Below the pieces are notes generated by a model. That model was not told the origin of the DNA and did no database searches. It saw only the letters and a program-made list of their open reading frames with translations. DNA of 64,000 bases from Actinomycetota bacterium (GTDB lineage Bacteria; Actinomycetota; Thermoleophilia; Gaiellales; F1-60-MAGs149), in the NCBI GenBank assembly GCA_026392355.1, contig JAPLCF010000036.1, positions 129,054 through 193,053 of the forward strand, in the 5' to 3' direction. Position numbers and translations under genes: made by a program. Shown one piece after another: positions 35,432 to 44,356 of this stretch (within the stretch, counting starts at the first letter, position 1; every line of letters begins with the position of its first letter).

Positions 35432-36424
35432 ATGGCAGAGGTCGTGGATCAAGACGAGGTTGATCGCTTGGCGCAGGCCGCGCTTGCGCACTACGACGTG
35501 TCGCCGGGTTGCACCCTGCAGCTGATCAACCTGTCCGAGAACTGGACGTATCGCGTCGAGGATCCCGACTCTGGCACGACCTATGCCCTGCGCGTGCACC
35601 GTACGGGGTACCACACGCCCGCGGAAATCGCCTCCGAGCTGCTGTGGATCGACGCGCTCCAGCAGGATGACGTCGTCGGCACGGTTACCCCGCTGCCTGC
35701 GCGCTCCGGCGAGCGCGTGATCCAGATGGCGACGGAGACCCTGCCCGAGCGGAGCGTCGTGCTGTTCGCATGGGAGGAAGGCGCGCCGCCCGACCCCGAT
35801 GCCGACCTGATCCCGGTCTACCGCACGCTCGGCGCGATCAGCGCTGGCATGCACGAACACGCCCGCGGCTGGCAGCAGCCTGCGGCGTTTACCCGCTTCA
35901 GCTGGGACTTCGACACCGCGCTCGGCCCGCAGGGCCACTGGGGCCCGTGGCAGGACGCCGTCGGCCTCGACGACGAGAAGCGCGACCTCTTCCAGCGCAC
36001 GGTCGACGTCGTCGATCAACGCCTGCAGGCCTACGGCAAGGGGCCCGAGCGCTATGGCCTGATCCATGCCGACATGCGCCCCGCCAACGTGTTGGTGCTC
36101 GGCGACGACGTTCGGGCCATCGATTTCGACGACTGCGGCGCCGGCTGGTTCATGTACGACTTCGCGACCACGATCTCGTTCATCGAAGAGCACCCGATGG
36201 TGCCGGAGTGGCGCGCGTCGTGGCTCGAGGGCTATCGCTCGGCCGGCACGCTCAGCGCGAAGGACGAGGCCGAGCTCGACACCTTCGTGATGCTGCGCCG
36301 CATGATGCTGCTCTGCTGGGTCGGCTCGCATTACGCCCATGCCATCGAGGCGCAGGAACTCGGCGCCGATTTCACGCTCGCCACGTGTCCGCTTGCGGAG
36401 ACGTATCTCTCGCACTACGCCTGA
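35432..36424 (+). CDS. Aminoglycoside-phosphotransferase-fold kinase (candidate 1-amino-2-propanol kinase)
   Basis: Catalytic loop GLIHADMRPANVL and IDFDD metal-binding motif. ATG 35432 is preferred over GTG 35423 because of the spacing to the GAGGAG RBS. Confidence 0.8.
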   Translation: MAEVVDQDEVDRLAQAALAHYDVSPGCTLQLINLSENWTYRVEDPDSGTTYALRVHRTGYHTPAEIASELLWIDALQQDDVVGTVTPLPARSGERVIQMATETLPERSVVLFAWEEGAPPDPDADLIPVYRTLGAISAGMHEHARGWQQPAAFTRFSWDFDTALGPQGHWGPWQDAVGLDDEKRDLFQRTVDVVDQRLQAYGKGPERYGLIHADMRPANVLVLGDDVRAIDFDDCGAGWFMYDFATTISFIEEHPMVPEWRASWLEGYRSAGTLSAKDEAELDTFVMLRRMMLLCWVGSHYAHAIEAQELGADFTLATCPLAETYLSHYA

Positions 36425-36440
36425 CCAGGAGGTCACCACC

Positions 36441-37220
36441 ATGAGCAAGATGTTCAACTCCCTCGAGGGCCGCAGCGTCCTCGTCACCGGCGGCACCAAG
36501 GGCATTGGCCTCGGCATCGCCCGCGTCTTCGCCGATGCCGGCTGCAAGGTCACCGTCGCCGGTCGTGATGAGGCCACGGGCGCAGCCGCTGTCGAGTCGC
36601 TCGGCGCGAACGCGTCGTTCGTCAAGGGCGACGTCAGCCGCGCAGCCGACTGCAAGCGCATCGTCGAAGAGACCGTCGCGCTGCAGGGAGGCCTCGACGT
36701 GCTCTGCGCCAACGCCGGCATCTTCCCCGAGTGCCGCCTCGAGGAGATGACCGAGGAGGCGCTCGACCTGATGCTCGACACGAACCTCAAGGGCAACATC
36801 CTCTCCGTCGCGCATGCCATTCCCGCGCTCGCGAAGTCGGGCCACGGCCGCATCATCCTGACGTCGTCGATCACCGGTCCGTTCACGGCGATCCCCGCGC
36901 TGTCGCACTACGGCGCGTCGAAGGCCGGCCAACTGGGCTTCATGCGCGGTGCTGCGATGGAGCTCGCGCCCAAGAAGATCACGATCAACGCGGTGCTGCC
37001 GGGCAACATCCTGACCGAGGGTCTGGTTGGGCTCGGCGAGGACTACCTGCGCACGGCGGCCGAGTCGATCCCGCTGGGCAAGCTCGGCGACCTCGAGGAC
37101 ATCGGCTACGCCGCGATGTTCCTCGCCACCGACGAGGCCAAGTTCATCACCGGCCAGACGATTGTCGTCGACGGCGGCCAGACGCTGCCCGAGGCGCCGT
37201 CGGCCATGGAGGCGATCTGA
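36441..37220 (+). CDS. Short-chain dehydrogenase/reductase (candidate amino-propanol/aminoacetone dehydrogenase)
   Basis: TGGTKGIG cofactor motif, NAG, and the catalytic YGASK. AGGAGG RBS lies upstream. Confidence 0.85.
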   Translation: MSKMFNSLEGRSVLVTGGTKGIGLGIARVFADAGCKVTVAGRDEATGAAAVESLGANASFVKGDVSRAADCKRIVEETVALQGGLDVLCANAGIFPECRLEEMTEEALDLMLDTNLKGNILSVAHAIPALAKSGHGRIILTSSITGPFTAIPALSHYGASKAGQLGFMRGAAMELAPKKITINAVLPGNILTEGLVGLGEDYLRTAAESIPLGKLGDLEDIGYAAMFLATDEAKFITGQTIVVDGGQTLPEAPSAMEAI

Positions 37221-37282
37221 GCACAACCACGCCAACGGGCGATAAGGGTGCCGCCGGGCAACTCGGCCCGGCCGGCATCGGC

Positions 37283-38020
37283 GTGCGCGATCGGATCCTG
37301 AGCGAGATCGCCAGTGGTGCGCTCGCACCCGGTGAGCGCCTCGGTGGCGAGCGCGATCTCGCCGAGCACTACGGCGTCAGTCGCTCCACGCTGCGTGCCG
37401 CGCTGGGCGCACTCGAGACGATGGGCGCCGTGCGCCGACAGTCGGGCCGCACCGGTGGCACGTTCGTTGCCGCCCGCAAGGTCGAGCGCGACCTGCGCAG
37501 CATGGCCGGCCTGCCGTCGTATCTCCGACGCCAGGGCTTCTCGGCTGATGCCCGCGTGCTGTCGACCGCCACGATCGAAGCCGATGCCGAGACGGCCGCA
37601 GCGCTCGACGTTGCGGTCGGTGCGCTCGTGCTCGAGATCGTGCGCGTGCGTCTTGCCGACGGCGAGCCGATCTCCTACGAGCGCGCGCGCTTCCCCGCCG
37701 CGCGCTTCGCCGGCATGCTCGACCACGGCCTCGGCGGCTCGCTCTACGAGTTGCTGCAGAGCGAGTTCGACGTGAAGCCCGGCGAGGCAATGGAGCAGAT
37801 CGAGATCGTCGGCGCCGGCTCGGCCGAGGCGAAAGTGCTCGAGGTCAAGCGCTCCACGCCACTGGTCGCAATCATCCGCACCGCCTGGGACCGCGACGGC
37901 CGCCCGTTTGAGCACTCGCACGACCTGTTCCGCTCCGACCGCGTACGCATCGTCGTGCGCACGCCCGCCGGCGAATCGGCCGCCCGTGGCGTGGCGAGCA
38001 CGATCGAGGTCGTGGCATGA
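37283..38020 (+). CDS. GntR family regulator, HutC subfamily (UTRA effector domain)
   Basis: HTH ERDLAEHYGVSRSTLRAALGALETMGAVRRQSGRGTF-like segment followed by a UTRA-like domain. Start is GTG at Val185 of the track ORF. CTG 37217, overlapping the SDR stop, is an alternative. Confidence 0.75.
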   Translation: MRDRILSEIASGALAPGERLGGERDLAEHYGVSRSTLRAALGALETMGAVRRQSGRTGGTFVAARKVERDLRSMAGLPSYLRRQGFSADARVLSTATIEADAETAAALDVAVGALVLEIVRVRLADGEPISYERARFPAARFAGMLDHGLGGSLYELLQSEFDVKPGEAMEQIEIVGAGSAEAKVLEVKRSTPLVAIIRTAWDRDGRPFEHSHDLFRSDRVRIVVRTPAGESAARGVASTIEVVA

Positions 38021-38958
38021 CCGAGCACCGCATCTCCCGCGACCTGCCCACGCACCGTCGCTGGGACGTGGATGTCCCCCCGGTCGTGATGGCGCAACCT
38101 GGCGACGTGATCGTCGCCGAGACCGACGACTTCGCCGCGGGCCAGATCACCCGCGACTCGCCGGCCTCCGCGCTGCTCGAGGTCGACTTCGACCTGATCT
38201 ACCCGCTGGCCGGCCCGATCCACGTCGAAGGTGCCGAGCCGGGCGACGCACTGGCGATCGAGATCCTCGGCTTCGAACTGCCCGACTGGGGCTGGTCGTG
38301 CATCATCCCCGGCTTCGGCCTGCTGCCGCCCGGCGAGTTTCCCGACCCCGTCCTGCGCATCTTCGACCTGACGGACGGCGACACAACGCAGCTCTGTCCG
38401 GGCGTGCGCATTCCGATCGAGCCGTTCTGCGGCACGATGGGCGTCCCCGGCCCGGGCATGAGGGACGCGCCGATTCCGCCGCCCCATGCCGGTGGCGGCA
38501 ACGTCGATTGTCGACACCTGACCGCTGGCACCACGCTCTACCTTCCCGTCGGTGCCCCGGGCGGTCTGTTCTCGCTGGGTGATGCTCACGCTGCACAGGG
38601 CGATGGCGAGGTTGCGATCGCCGGTATCGAGTGCGCGATGACCACCCGCATTCGGGTCGATGTCGTCAAGGGCATGGATATCCCCGCGCCCCAGCTGCGC
38701 CGGCCAGCGGGCTCCCTGACACCGCGAGTCGACCACGCCGGCTGGTTCGCGACGACCGGTGTCGAGACCGATCTGATGGAGGGTGCCCGCAGTGCCGTGC
38801 GGGCGATGATCGACCATCTCGTGCGCGAGCGCGGGCTGTCGCGCGAGGACGCCTACATCCTTTGCGCGCTGGCCGGCGACCTCAAGATCACCGAGGTGGT
38901 CGATGCGCCGATGTGGATGGTCGGGTGCTTCATGCCCGACGCCGTCTTCACCGGATAG
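38017..38958 (+). CDS. Acetamidase/formamidase family (FmdA/AmdA) amidase
   Basis: 313 aa with LAGPIHVEGAEPGD...GGNVDCRHL...LFSLGDAHAAQGDGE, as in the FmdA_AmdA family. The ATG overlaps the regulator stop (ATGA). Confidence 0.8.
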   Translation: MTEHRISRDLPTHRRWDVDVPPVVMAQPGDVIVAETDDFAAGQITRDSPASALLEVDFDLIYPLAGPIHVEGAEPGDALAIEILGFELPDWGWSCIIPGFGLLPPGEFPDPVLRIFDLTDGDTTQLCPGVRIPIEPFCGTMGVPGPGMRDAPIPPPHAGGGNVDCRHLTAGTTLYLPVGAPGGLFSLGDAHAAQGDGEVAIAGIECAMTTRIRVDVVKGMDIPAPQLRRPAGSLTPRVDHAGWFATTGVETDLMEGARSAVRAMIDHLVRERGLSREDAYILCALAGDLKITEVVDAPMWMVGCFMPDAVFTG

Positions 38959-39060
38959 GCGTTCTGACAATACCCGCGGATTGAGGGTTCAAAACCGCCA
39001 CTTTTTCTGGTTCAATCCCGTCAGAGAACGTGGCATTTGCCACGGGGAGAAGGAGGATTT

Positions 39061-40593
39061 ATGACCGACCACCACGGAGTGGGTGTCGGGCGTCAGGGGA
39101 CGATCGAGACGGTCTCGATCTCCGACACGGACGCCGGCCGACTCAAGCCCGGGGCCATCGGCCTGATGGGCGTCATCTTCGTCGCCGTCACGGGAGCCGC
39201 GCCGATCTCGGCCATGCTCTTCAACGTGCCGTTCGCGACGGGCTTCGGCACCGGCTACTACACACCGGCTGCCTTTCTCTTTGCCGCCGTCGTGCTGACG
39301 ATCTTCTCGGTCGGCTACGTCGCGATGGCGAAGGAGATCAGCGCTGCTGGCGGCTTCTACTCGTTCATCTCGCACGGCCTCGGCCAGGCCCTCGGCCTCG
39401 CCACGGGCATCTGCGGTGCCGTCGCCTACGCCCTCTTCGAGGTGTCGCTGCTCGGCGGTTTCTCGTACTTCTTCTCGACGAACTTCAATTCATGGTTCGG
39501 CTGGGAGATTCCGTGGATCCTGCCCGCGGTGGTTGCCGCAGTCTTGATTGCCGTGCTCTGCTGGTTCGACGTTGAGCTGTCGGTCAAGGTGCTTGGTGTC
39601 GCGCTCATCAGCGAGATCATCATCCTCGTCATCTTCGACGTGCTGGTCTTCGGCCAGGGTGGCAGCGACACGGGCATTGCGTACGACTCGATCAACGTGT
39701 TCAAGCTGACCGATCCGGGCGTCGGCCTGGCCGCCGGCGTCGGCGTCTTCTTGGCGTTCTGGTCGTGGGTCGGCTTCGAGGCGATCCCGAACTACGCGGA
39801 GGAGTCGAAGGACCCGAAGCGCAACGTCGTACGCGCCACGATGATCTCCGTGATCGGGCTCGGCGTCGGCTACGTGATCACCGCGGTCGCGTTCGAGTCG
39901 GCCTTCCCGAAGGACCAGGTTGTCGAGGCGGCACAGGATCCGGCTGGTCCGTTCTTCGTCGCCATGGAGGCCTTCGGCACGCCCTGGCTGGCGACGATCA
40001 TGCAGATCCTGATCCTGACCGGCGCGTTCGCCTGCGCCATGGCCTTCCACAACGTCGCGATGCGGTACTTCTACGCGATGGGCCGTGAGGGCATCCTGCC
40101 CTCGAAGCTCGGCAGCACGCACCCCAAGCACAAGGTGCCGCACGTCGCCAACATCACGGCGCTCGTCGTGGCGCTCGTGATCATGCTGATCTGGGGCATC
40201 TTCTCGGGCTTCGGCTTCGGCGAGGCCTTCGACACCGCGTACGTCCGCATCTACACGATGATGGCCGTGCAGGGCGTGGTCTGGATCCTCGCGATTCAGG
40301 CGCTGTGTGCCGTCGCGATCATCGTGTGGTTCCGCAAGGACGGTCGCAAGGGCAACCCGCTCACCACGATCATCTGCCCGATTCTCGCGATCGTCGGCCA
40401 GGTGTTCGCGATCTTCCTGCTCTTCAAGAACATCGACACGCTCGCCGGCACGATCTCGTACGTGCAGGCGATCGCGCCGATCGCCGTGATCCTCGTGATC
40501 GTGGCGCTCGTCTACGCCTTCGTGCTCCGCAGCACGAACCGCGAGAAGTTCGACCGCATCGGCCGCGTCATCGACGACACGGGCGACCTGTAG
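39061..40593 (+). CDS. APC-superfamily amino acid/amine permease
   Basis: 510-aa polytopic protein. ATG at Met9 of the track ORF is preceded by AGGAGGA. Confidence 0.8.
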   Translation: MTDHHGVGVGRQGTIETVSISDTDAGRLKPGAIGLMGVIFVAVTGAAPISAMLFNVPFATGFGTGYYTPAAFLFAAVVLTIFSVGYVAMAKEISAAGGFYSFISHGLGQALGLATGICGAVAYALFEVSLLGGFSYFFSTNFNSWFGWEIPWILPAVVAAVLIAVLCWFDVELSVKVLGVALISEIIILVIFDVLVFGQGGSDTGIAYDSINVFKLTDPGVGLAAGVGVFLAFWSWVGFEAIPNYAEESKDPKRNVVRATMISVIGLGVGYVITAVAFESAFPKDQVVEAAQDPAGPFFVAMEAFGTPWLATIMQILILTGAFACAMAFHNVAMRYFYAMGREGILPSKLGSTHPKHKVPHVANITALVVALVIMLIWGIFSGFGFGEAFDTAYVRIYTMMAVQGVVWILAIQALCAVAIIVWFRKDGRKGNPLTTIICPILAIVGQVFAIFLLFKNIDTLAGTISYVQAIAPIAVILVIVALVYAFVLRSTNREKFDRIGRVIDDTGDL

Positions 40594-40603
40594 GCCAACC
40601 CAC

Positions 40604-40631
40604 GGGGTCCGCTCCTTCGGGGGCGGGCCCC
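40604..40631. terminator. GC-rich hairpin between convergent permease and FAD oxidase genes
   Basis: GGGGTCCGC-tccttcgggg-GCGGGCCCC with one wobble/mismatch, located 11 nt after the permease stop. Confidence 0.4.
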
Positions 40632-40644
40632 GATCCCTACCGGG

Positions 40645-41979
40645 CTACTGCGTCTTGGCGATGGCGGCGGCCTGCCGCGCGGTCCACACCGACGTCTCCG
40701 CGTACCACGTGCCGAGGTAATCGCCTGCGAGATGGATACGCCCAAGCGGCTCCATCAGCGCGGGCTGGATGCGGCTGCGCCCGACGAACGGGTACGGGAT
40801 GCCCGGGTCGACGCGGTGCAGCAGACGCTCGACGACATGGCCCTTCAGCTCGGGCAGCGTGTCCTCGAGGTCGCGCTGGAAGAGATCGAGAATCGCCTCA
40901 TCCGAGTCGCCGACAATGCGCCGTGCGAGGTTGGCCGTGGCGTACGTCATGAAGCTCGATCCCTTCACGCGCTTGGGCATCAGGACGTTACCCATGTTGA
41001 AGAGCATCGACGTCGCGCGGTCCGGTGTCGCGATCGCGTAGATGTCGTCCCAGCGCCGGGGGCCGTCCTCATCCGTGAGGAACGCGGCGGAGATCATCGG
41101 GCCGTAGGTAATCGCGCGCAGGGCGGCATCCGTCGCGGCGGGCAGACCCTCGACGATCTCTGCGGTCACGTGCGATGGCGCGGTGACGATCGCAGCCTTG
41201 GCGCGCAGGGTTCGGCGCGTGCCGTTGTCGTCGCACTCGACCGTCACGCCGTCGGCGTCTTGTGCCACGCACGTCACGTTGACACCAAACCGGATGCGGT
41301 CGCCGTGCGGGGCAGCCAGGCCATCGATCAGCGTCTGCGGCCCACCGACAATGTTGCGGCCGAGGCCGTCCTCCTGATTCCACGCCAGGTGGAAGTAGCC
41401 GACGCCATAGCCGGCCGCGATCTGCTCGGGCTCGCCCGTGCCACGCGTGAGCGTGCAGCGAAAGAACGCGTCGACCTCGGGCTGTAGTACCCCGAGCTTC
41501 TGCGTGAACGACTGGTCGTCCATGAAGTCGAGCATGCGCTGCTGCAGCGCGGCGGGCTCCTCGCCCGGGCGCGGCTTCGCCATCTCGCCATACTCGGCGA
41601 CGAGCTTCCGCAGCTTCAGGCCGGTGCGCACGAACGACGCGCGGCCACCCAGCGAGATCGGCAGCTTGAACGGATACAGCTCGAGCGGCCCCTCGGCCAC
41701 CAGCTTGCCCTTGTACGAGACGCCCGTCAGCACGCCAGGGATGTCGCGCGGCTCGGCACCGACCTCGTGCATCAGCGTGCCCGCCGCAGAGTTGTCGCCG
41801 GCGTAGACGTGCGCGCCGAGATTGAGCCACAGATCGCCACGCGCCTCGGAGCGAATGCGGCCCCCAACGCGGTTGGCACGCTCGAGCACCACGACGTCGC
41901 GATCGCGCAGATCCCACGCGGCGCTGAGCCCGGCGATGCCGGCGCCGATCACGATGACATCGTGCTGCTCCGGCTCCAT
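40645..41979 (-). CDS. FAD-dependent amine oxidase-like oxidoreductase (paralog A)
   Basis: [18 protein letters not shown]...LERANRVGGR N-terminus, 444 aa. Colinear with the 42926..44284 product. Confidence 0.75.
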   Translation of the reverse strand: MEPEQHDVIVIGAGIAGLSAAWDLRDRDVVVLERANRVGGRIRSEARGDLWLNLGAHVYAGDNSAAGTLMHEVGAEPRDIPGVLTGVSYKGKLVAEGPLELYPFKLPISLGGRASFVRTGLKLRKLVAEYGEMAKPRPGEEPAALQQRMLDFMDDQSFTQKLGVLQPEVDAFFRCTLTRGTGEPEQIAAGYGVGYFHLAWNQEDGLGRNIVGGPQTLIDGLAAPHGDRIRFGVNVTCVAQDADGVTVECDDNGTRRTLRAKAAIVTAPSHVTAEIVEGLPAATDAALRAITYGPMISAAFLTDEDGPRRWDDIYAIATPDRATSMLFNMGNVLMPKRVKGSSFMTYATANLARRIVGDSDEAILDLFQRDLEDTLPELKGHVVERLLHRVDPGIPYPFVGRSRIQPALMEPLGRIHLAGDYLGTWYAETSVWTARQAAAIAKTQ

Positions 41980-41999
41980 GTGGAGAGCCTAGCGCCGCG

Positions 42000-42929
42000 C
42001 TACGGTCGCAGCGCGGCGGCGATCGCCGAGACGCCCGCGGGCGTGACGCCACAGCAGCCGCCGATCAACGTTGCACCGGCCGCAGTCCAGGAGCGCACGG
42101 TGTCAGCCGGGAAGCCGCCGGCGCCACCAACGGCCCACTCGCGCGCCATGCCGTCCCAGACGCGACCGTCGTTCGGATAGACGATCACGGCGAGCTCGGG
42201 TGCCGCGGTGCGACAGCGTTCGATCAGCTCGAGCACGTGCTCGGGGGCCGTGCAGTTGCAGCCGACCGCGCGGATGCCCGGGGCGTCCTTGATGCGCGCG
42301 ATGGCGTCCTCGATGGGCGAGCCGTCGGCGATGTGCCCGCCATCACGGCACTGGAACGAGACCCACGCGGCAGGACCCGCGAACTCATCCTGCAGGCGCG
42401 CAATCGCGTCGGCCTCGAGCAGGTTCGGGATCGTCTCCCACGCGAGCACGTCGGGGCCGGGGCCGAGCAGGGCGGCCACACGCGGGCGGTGGAAGCGAAC
42501 GATCTCCTCGACGCCGGCGCCCTCGTAGTCGCCCGTGTACTCCTGGCCGTTCGCCATCATCGCGCCGTACGGGCCGAGCGAGGCGGCGACGAGCGTGAAC
42601 GGCGCGTCGGGCTGCTCGCGCTCGAACGAGACGCGCGCTGCCTGCGCGAGCGTGACGCTCGTGGCGATCAGGCGATCGGCATCAGCGGCGGGAATGCCGG
42701 CCGTCGCGAAGGTCTCTTGGCTGGCCTGGTACGACGCGGTGATGGAAACGCGCGCGCCGGCCCGCAGGTAGTTGAGGTGCACGGCCTCGACCGCGGCGGG
42801 GCCATCCTCGAGCAGGCGCGCCGACCAGAGATCGCTCGACAGGTCGTAGTCCAGCGCCTCGAGCTCGGTCGCGAAGCCACCGTCGATCGTGACGGGACCC
42901 TCGTTGATCAGGTCATCGATCGCGCTCAT
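42000..42929 (-). CDS. mmuM: Homocysteine S-methyltransferase
   Basis: 309 aa with C-terminal zinc-ligand motifs VGCNC and GGCCG. Start is at Met24 of the track ORF, overlapping the upstream stop (ATGA). Confidence 0.85.
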   Translation of the reverse strand: MSAIDDLINEGPVTIDGGFATELEALDYDLSSDLWSARLLEDGPAAVEAVHLNYLRAGARVSITASYQASQETFATAGIPAADADRLIATSVTLAQAARVSFEREQPDAPFTLVAASLGPYGAMMANGQEYTGDYEGAGVEEIVRFHRPRVAALLGPGPDVLAWETIPNLLEADAIARLQDEFAGPAAWVSFQCRDGGHIADGSPIEDAIARIKDAPGIRAVGCNCTAPEHVLELIERCRTAAPELAVIVYPNDGRVWDGMAREWAVGGAGGFPADTVRSWTAAGATLIGGCCGVTPAGVSAIAAALRP

Positions 42930-44284
42930 GCGTCGAGCTGTTGCTTGACGTTCTCGGCCGACCACGCGCCGGTGCGCGCCGCGGTCTCGGCGTACCACGA
43001 CCCAAGGTAGTCGCCGGCGAGGTGAATGCGCCCGATGGGCTGCGTCAGCGCAGGCTGCAGCTTGCCGCGGCCGACGTGCGGGAACGGCAGGCCGCCGTCG
43101 ACCTTGCGCAGCACGCGCTCGACGATGCGGCCCTTGATCTCGGGGAGCACCTCCTCGAGATCGCGCTGGTAGGCGTCGAGCACCGCCTCGTCCTCCATCG
43201 CCAGCGCCTGCTTGCCCAGATCGGCGACGGCGTAGACCATGAAGCTCGTCCCCTTGCCGCGCGGCGCACCGGTGGCGCGCAGGATGTTGTCCATGTTGAA
43301 GAGCATCGTGATCGAGCGATTCGGCGTGGCGATCGCGTAGACGTCATCCCATGGCTGCGGGCCGTCCTCATCGGTGAGAAACGCGGCGCAGACGTTCGGG
43401 CCGTAGCGGAGCTCGTGCATCGCGCCGAGCATGTCGGCGGGCAGGCCCTCGACGATCTCACGCGTGACGAACGCCTGCGACGAGACGACGGCGGCCTTGG
43501 CACGAATCGATCGCTGCTCGCCCGCCTGCGTGTACTCGACTGTCACACCATCGGCGTCCTGCGCCACGCGCGTCACCTCAGCGCCAAGGCGCATGCGATC
43601 GCCATGCGGTGCCGCCAGCGCGTCCATCAGCGTCTGCGTGCCACCGACGATGTTGCGTCCCATGCCACCGGTCTTGTCCCAAACCATGTGGAAGTAGCCG
43701 ATGCCGTAGCCCGCGGCGATCTCCTCGGGCTCGCCCGTACCGCGCGTGAGCGTGCAGCGGAAGAACGCGTCGACCTCGGGGGACAGCGGTCCGAGCGCGT
43801 CCATCGCCGAGTGATCGTCCATGTAGTTGAGCATCCGCTGCTGGCGCTGCGGCAGCGTCTCGCCGGGGACGGGCGCCTGCATTTTGGCGTACGCCGCGAC
43901 GTGGCGCCGGAGCTTGAGGCCCGTGCGCATGAACTCCAGCTTGCCGCGCCACGAAATTGGCAGACGGAACGGATAGAGCTCGACGCGGCCGTTCGTCACG
44001 CGCTTGCCCTTGTACGAGATGCCGGTCAGCGTGCCGGGAATGTCCATCGCCACCGCGCCCGACTCACGTACGAGCCGGCCGACAGCAGAATCGTCGCCCG
44101 CGAACACATGCGCACCGAGGTTGAGCCAATGCTCGCCGCGCGGCACGGACATCAGCCGGCCGCCGACGCGATCAGTTGACTCGAGGACGATCGGTTCGCG
44201 ATCGCGCAGGTCCCACGCGGCCGACAATCCGGCCATGCCCGCGCCGATCACGACGACGTCGGTGATCTCCTGCGCTTCAGCCAC
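42926..44284 (-). CDS. FAD-dependent amine oxidase-like oxidoreductase (paralog B)
   Basis: [18 protein letters not shown]...[10 protein letters not shown], 452 aa. It shares long identical blocks with paralog A ([33 protein letters not shown]). Confidence 0.75.
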   Translation of the reverse strand: MAEAQEITDVVVIGAGMAGLSAAWDLRDREPIVLESTDRVGGRLMSVPRGEHWLNLGAHVFAGDDSAVGRLVRESGAVAMDIPGTLTGISYKGKRVTNGRVELYPFRLPISWRGKLEFMRTGLKLRRHVAAYAKMQAPVPGETLPQRQQRMLNYMDDHSAMDALGPLSPEVDAFFRCTLTRGTGEPEEIAAGYGIGYFHMVWDKTGGMGRNIVGGTQTLMDALAAPHGDRMRLGAEVTRVAQDADGVTVEYTQAGEQRSIRAKAAVVSSQAFVTREIVEGLPADMLGAMHELRYGPNVCAAFLTDEDGPQPWDDVYAIATPNRSITMLFNMDNILRATGAPRGKGTSFMVYAVADLGKQALAMEDEAVLDAYQRDLEEVLPEIKGRIVERVLRKVDGGLPFPHVGRGKLQPALTQPIGRIHLAGDYLGSWYAETAARTGAWSAENVKQQLDA

Positions 44285-44356
44285 GGCACGATGCTACCCG
44301 TTCCCGACAGGCGATCGGCCCATCGGTGGAACGCCGTAGACTTCCCGGGACCGAAG

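Noticed and set aside
34601-36886. 761-aa minus-strand ORF across the BMC-T2, kinase and SDR genes
   Set aside because: It is antisense to three motif-bearing + strand genes. It also reads straight through the palindromic element. Its composition is low-complexity and Arg-rich.
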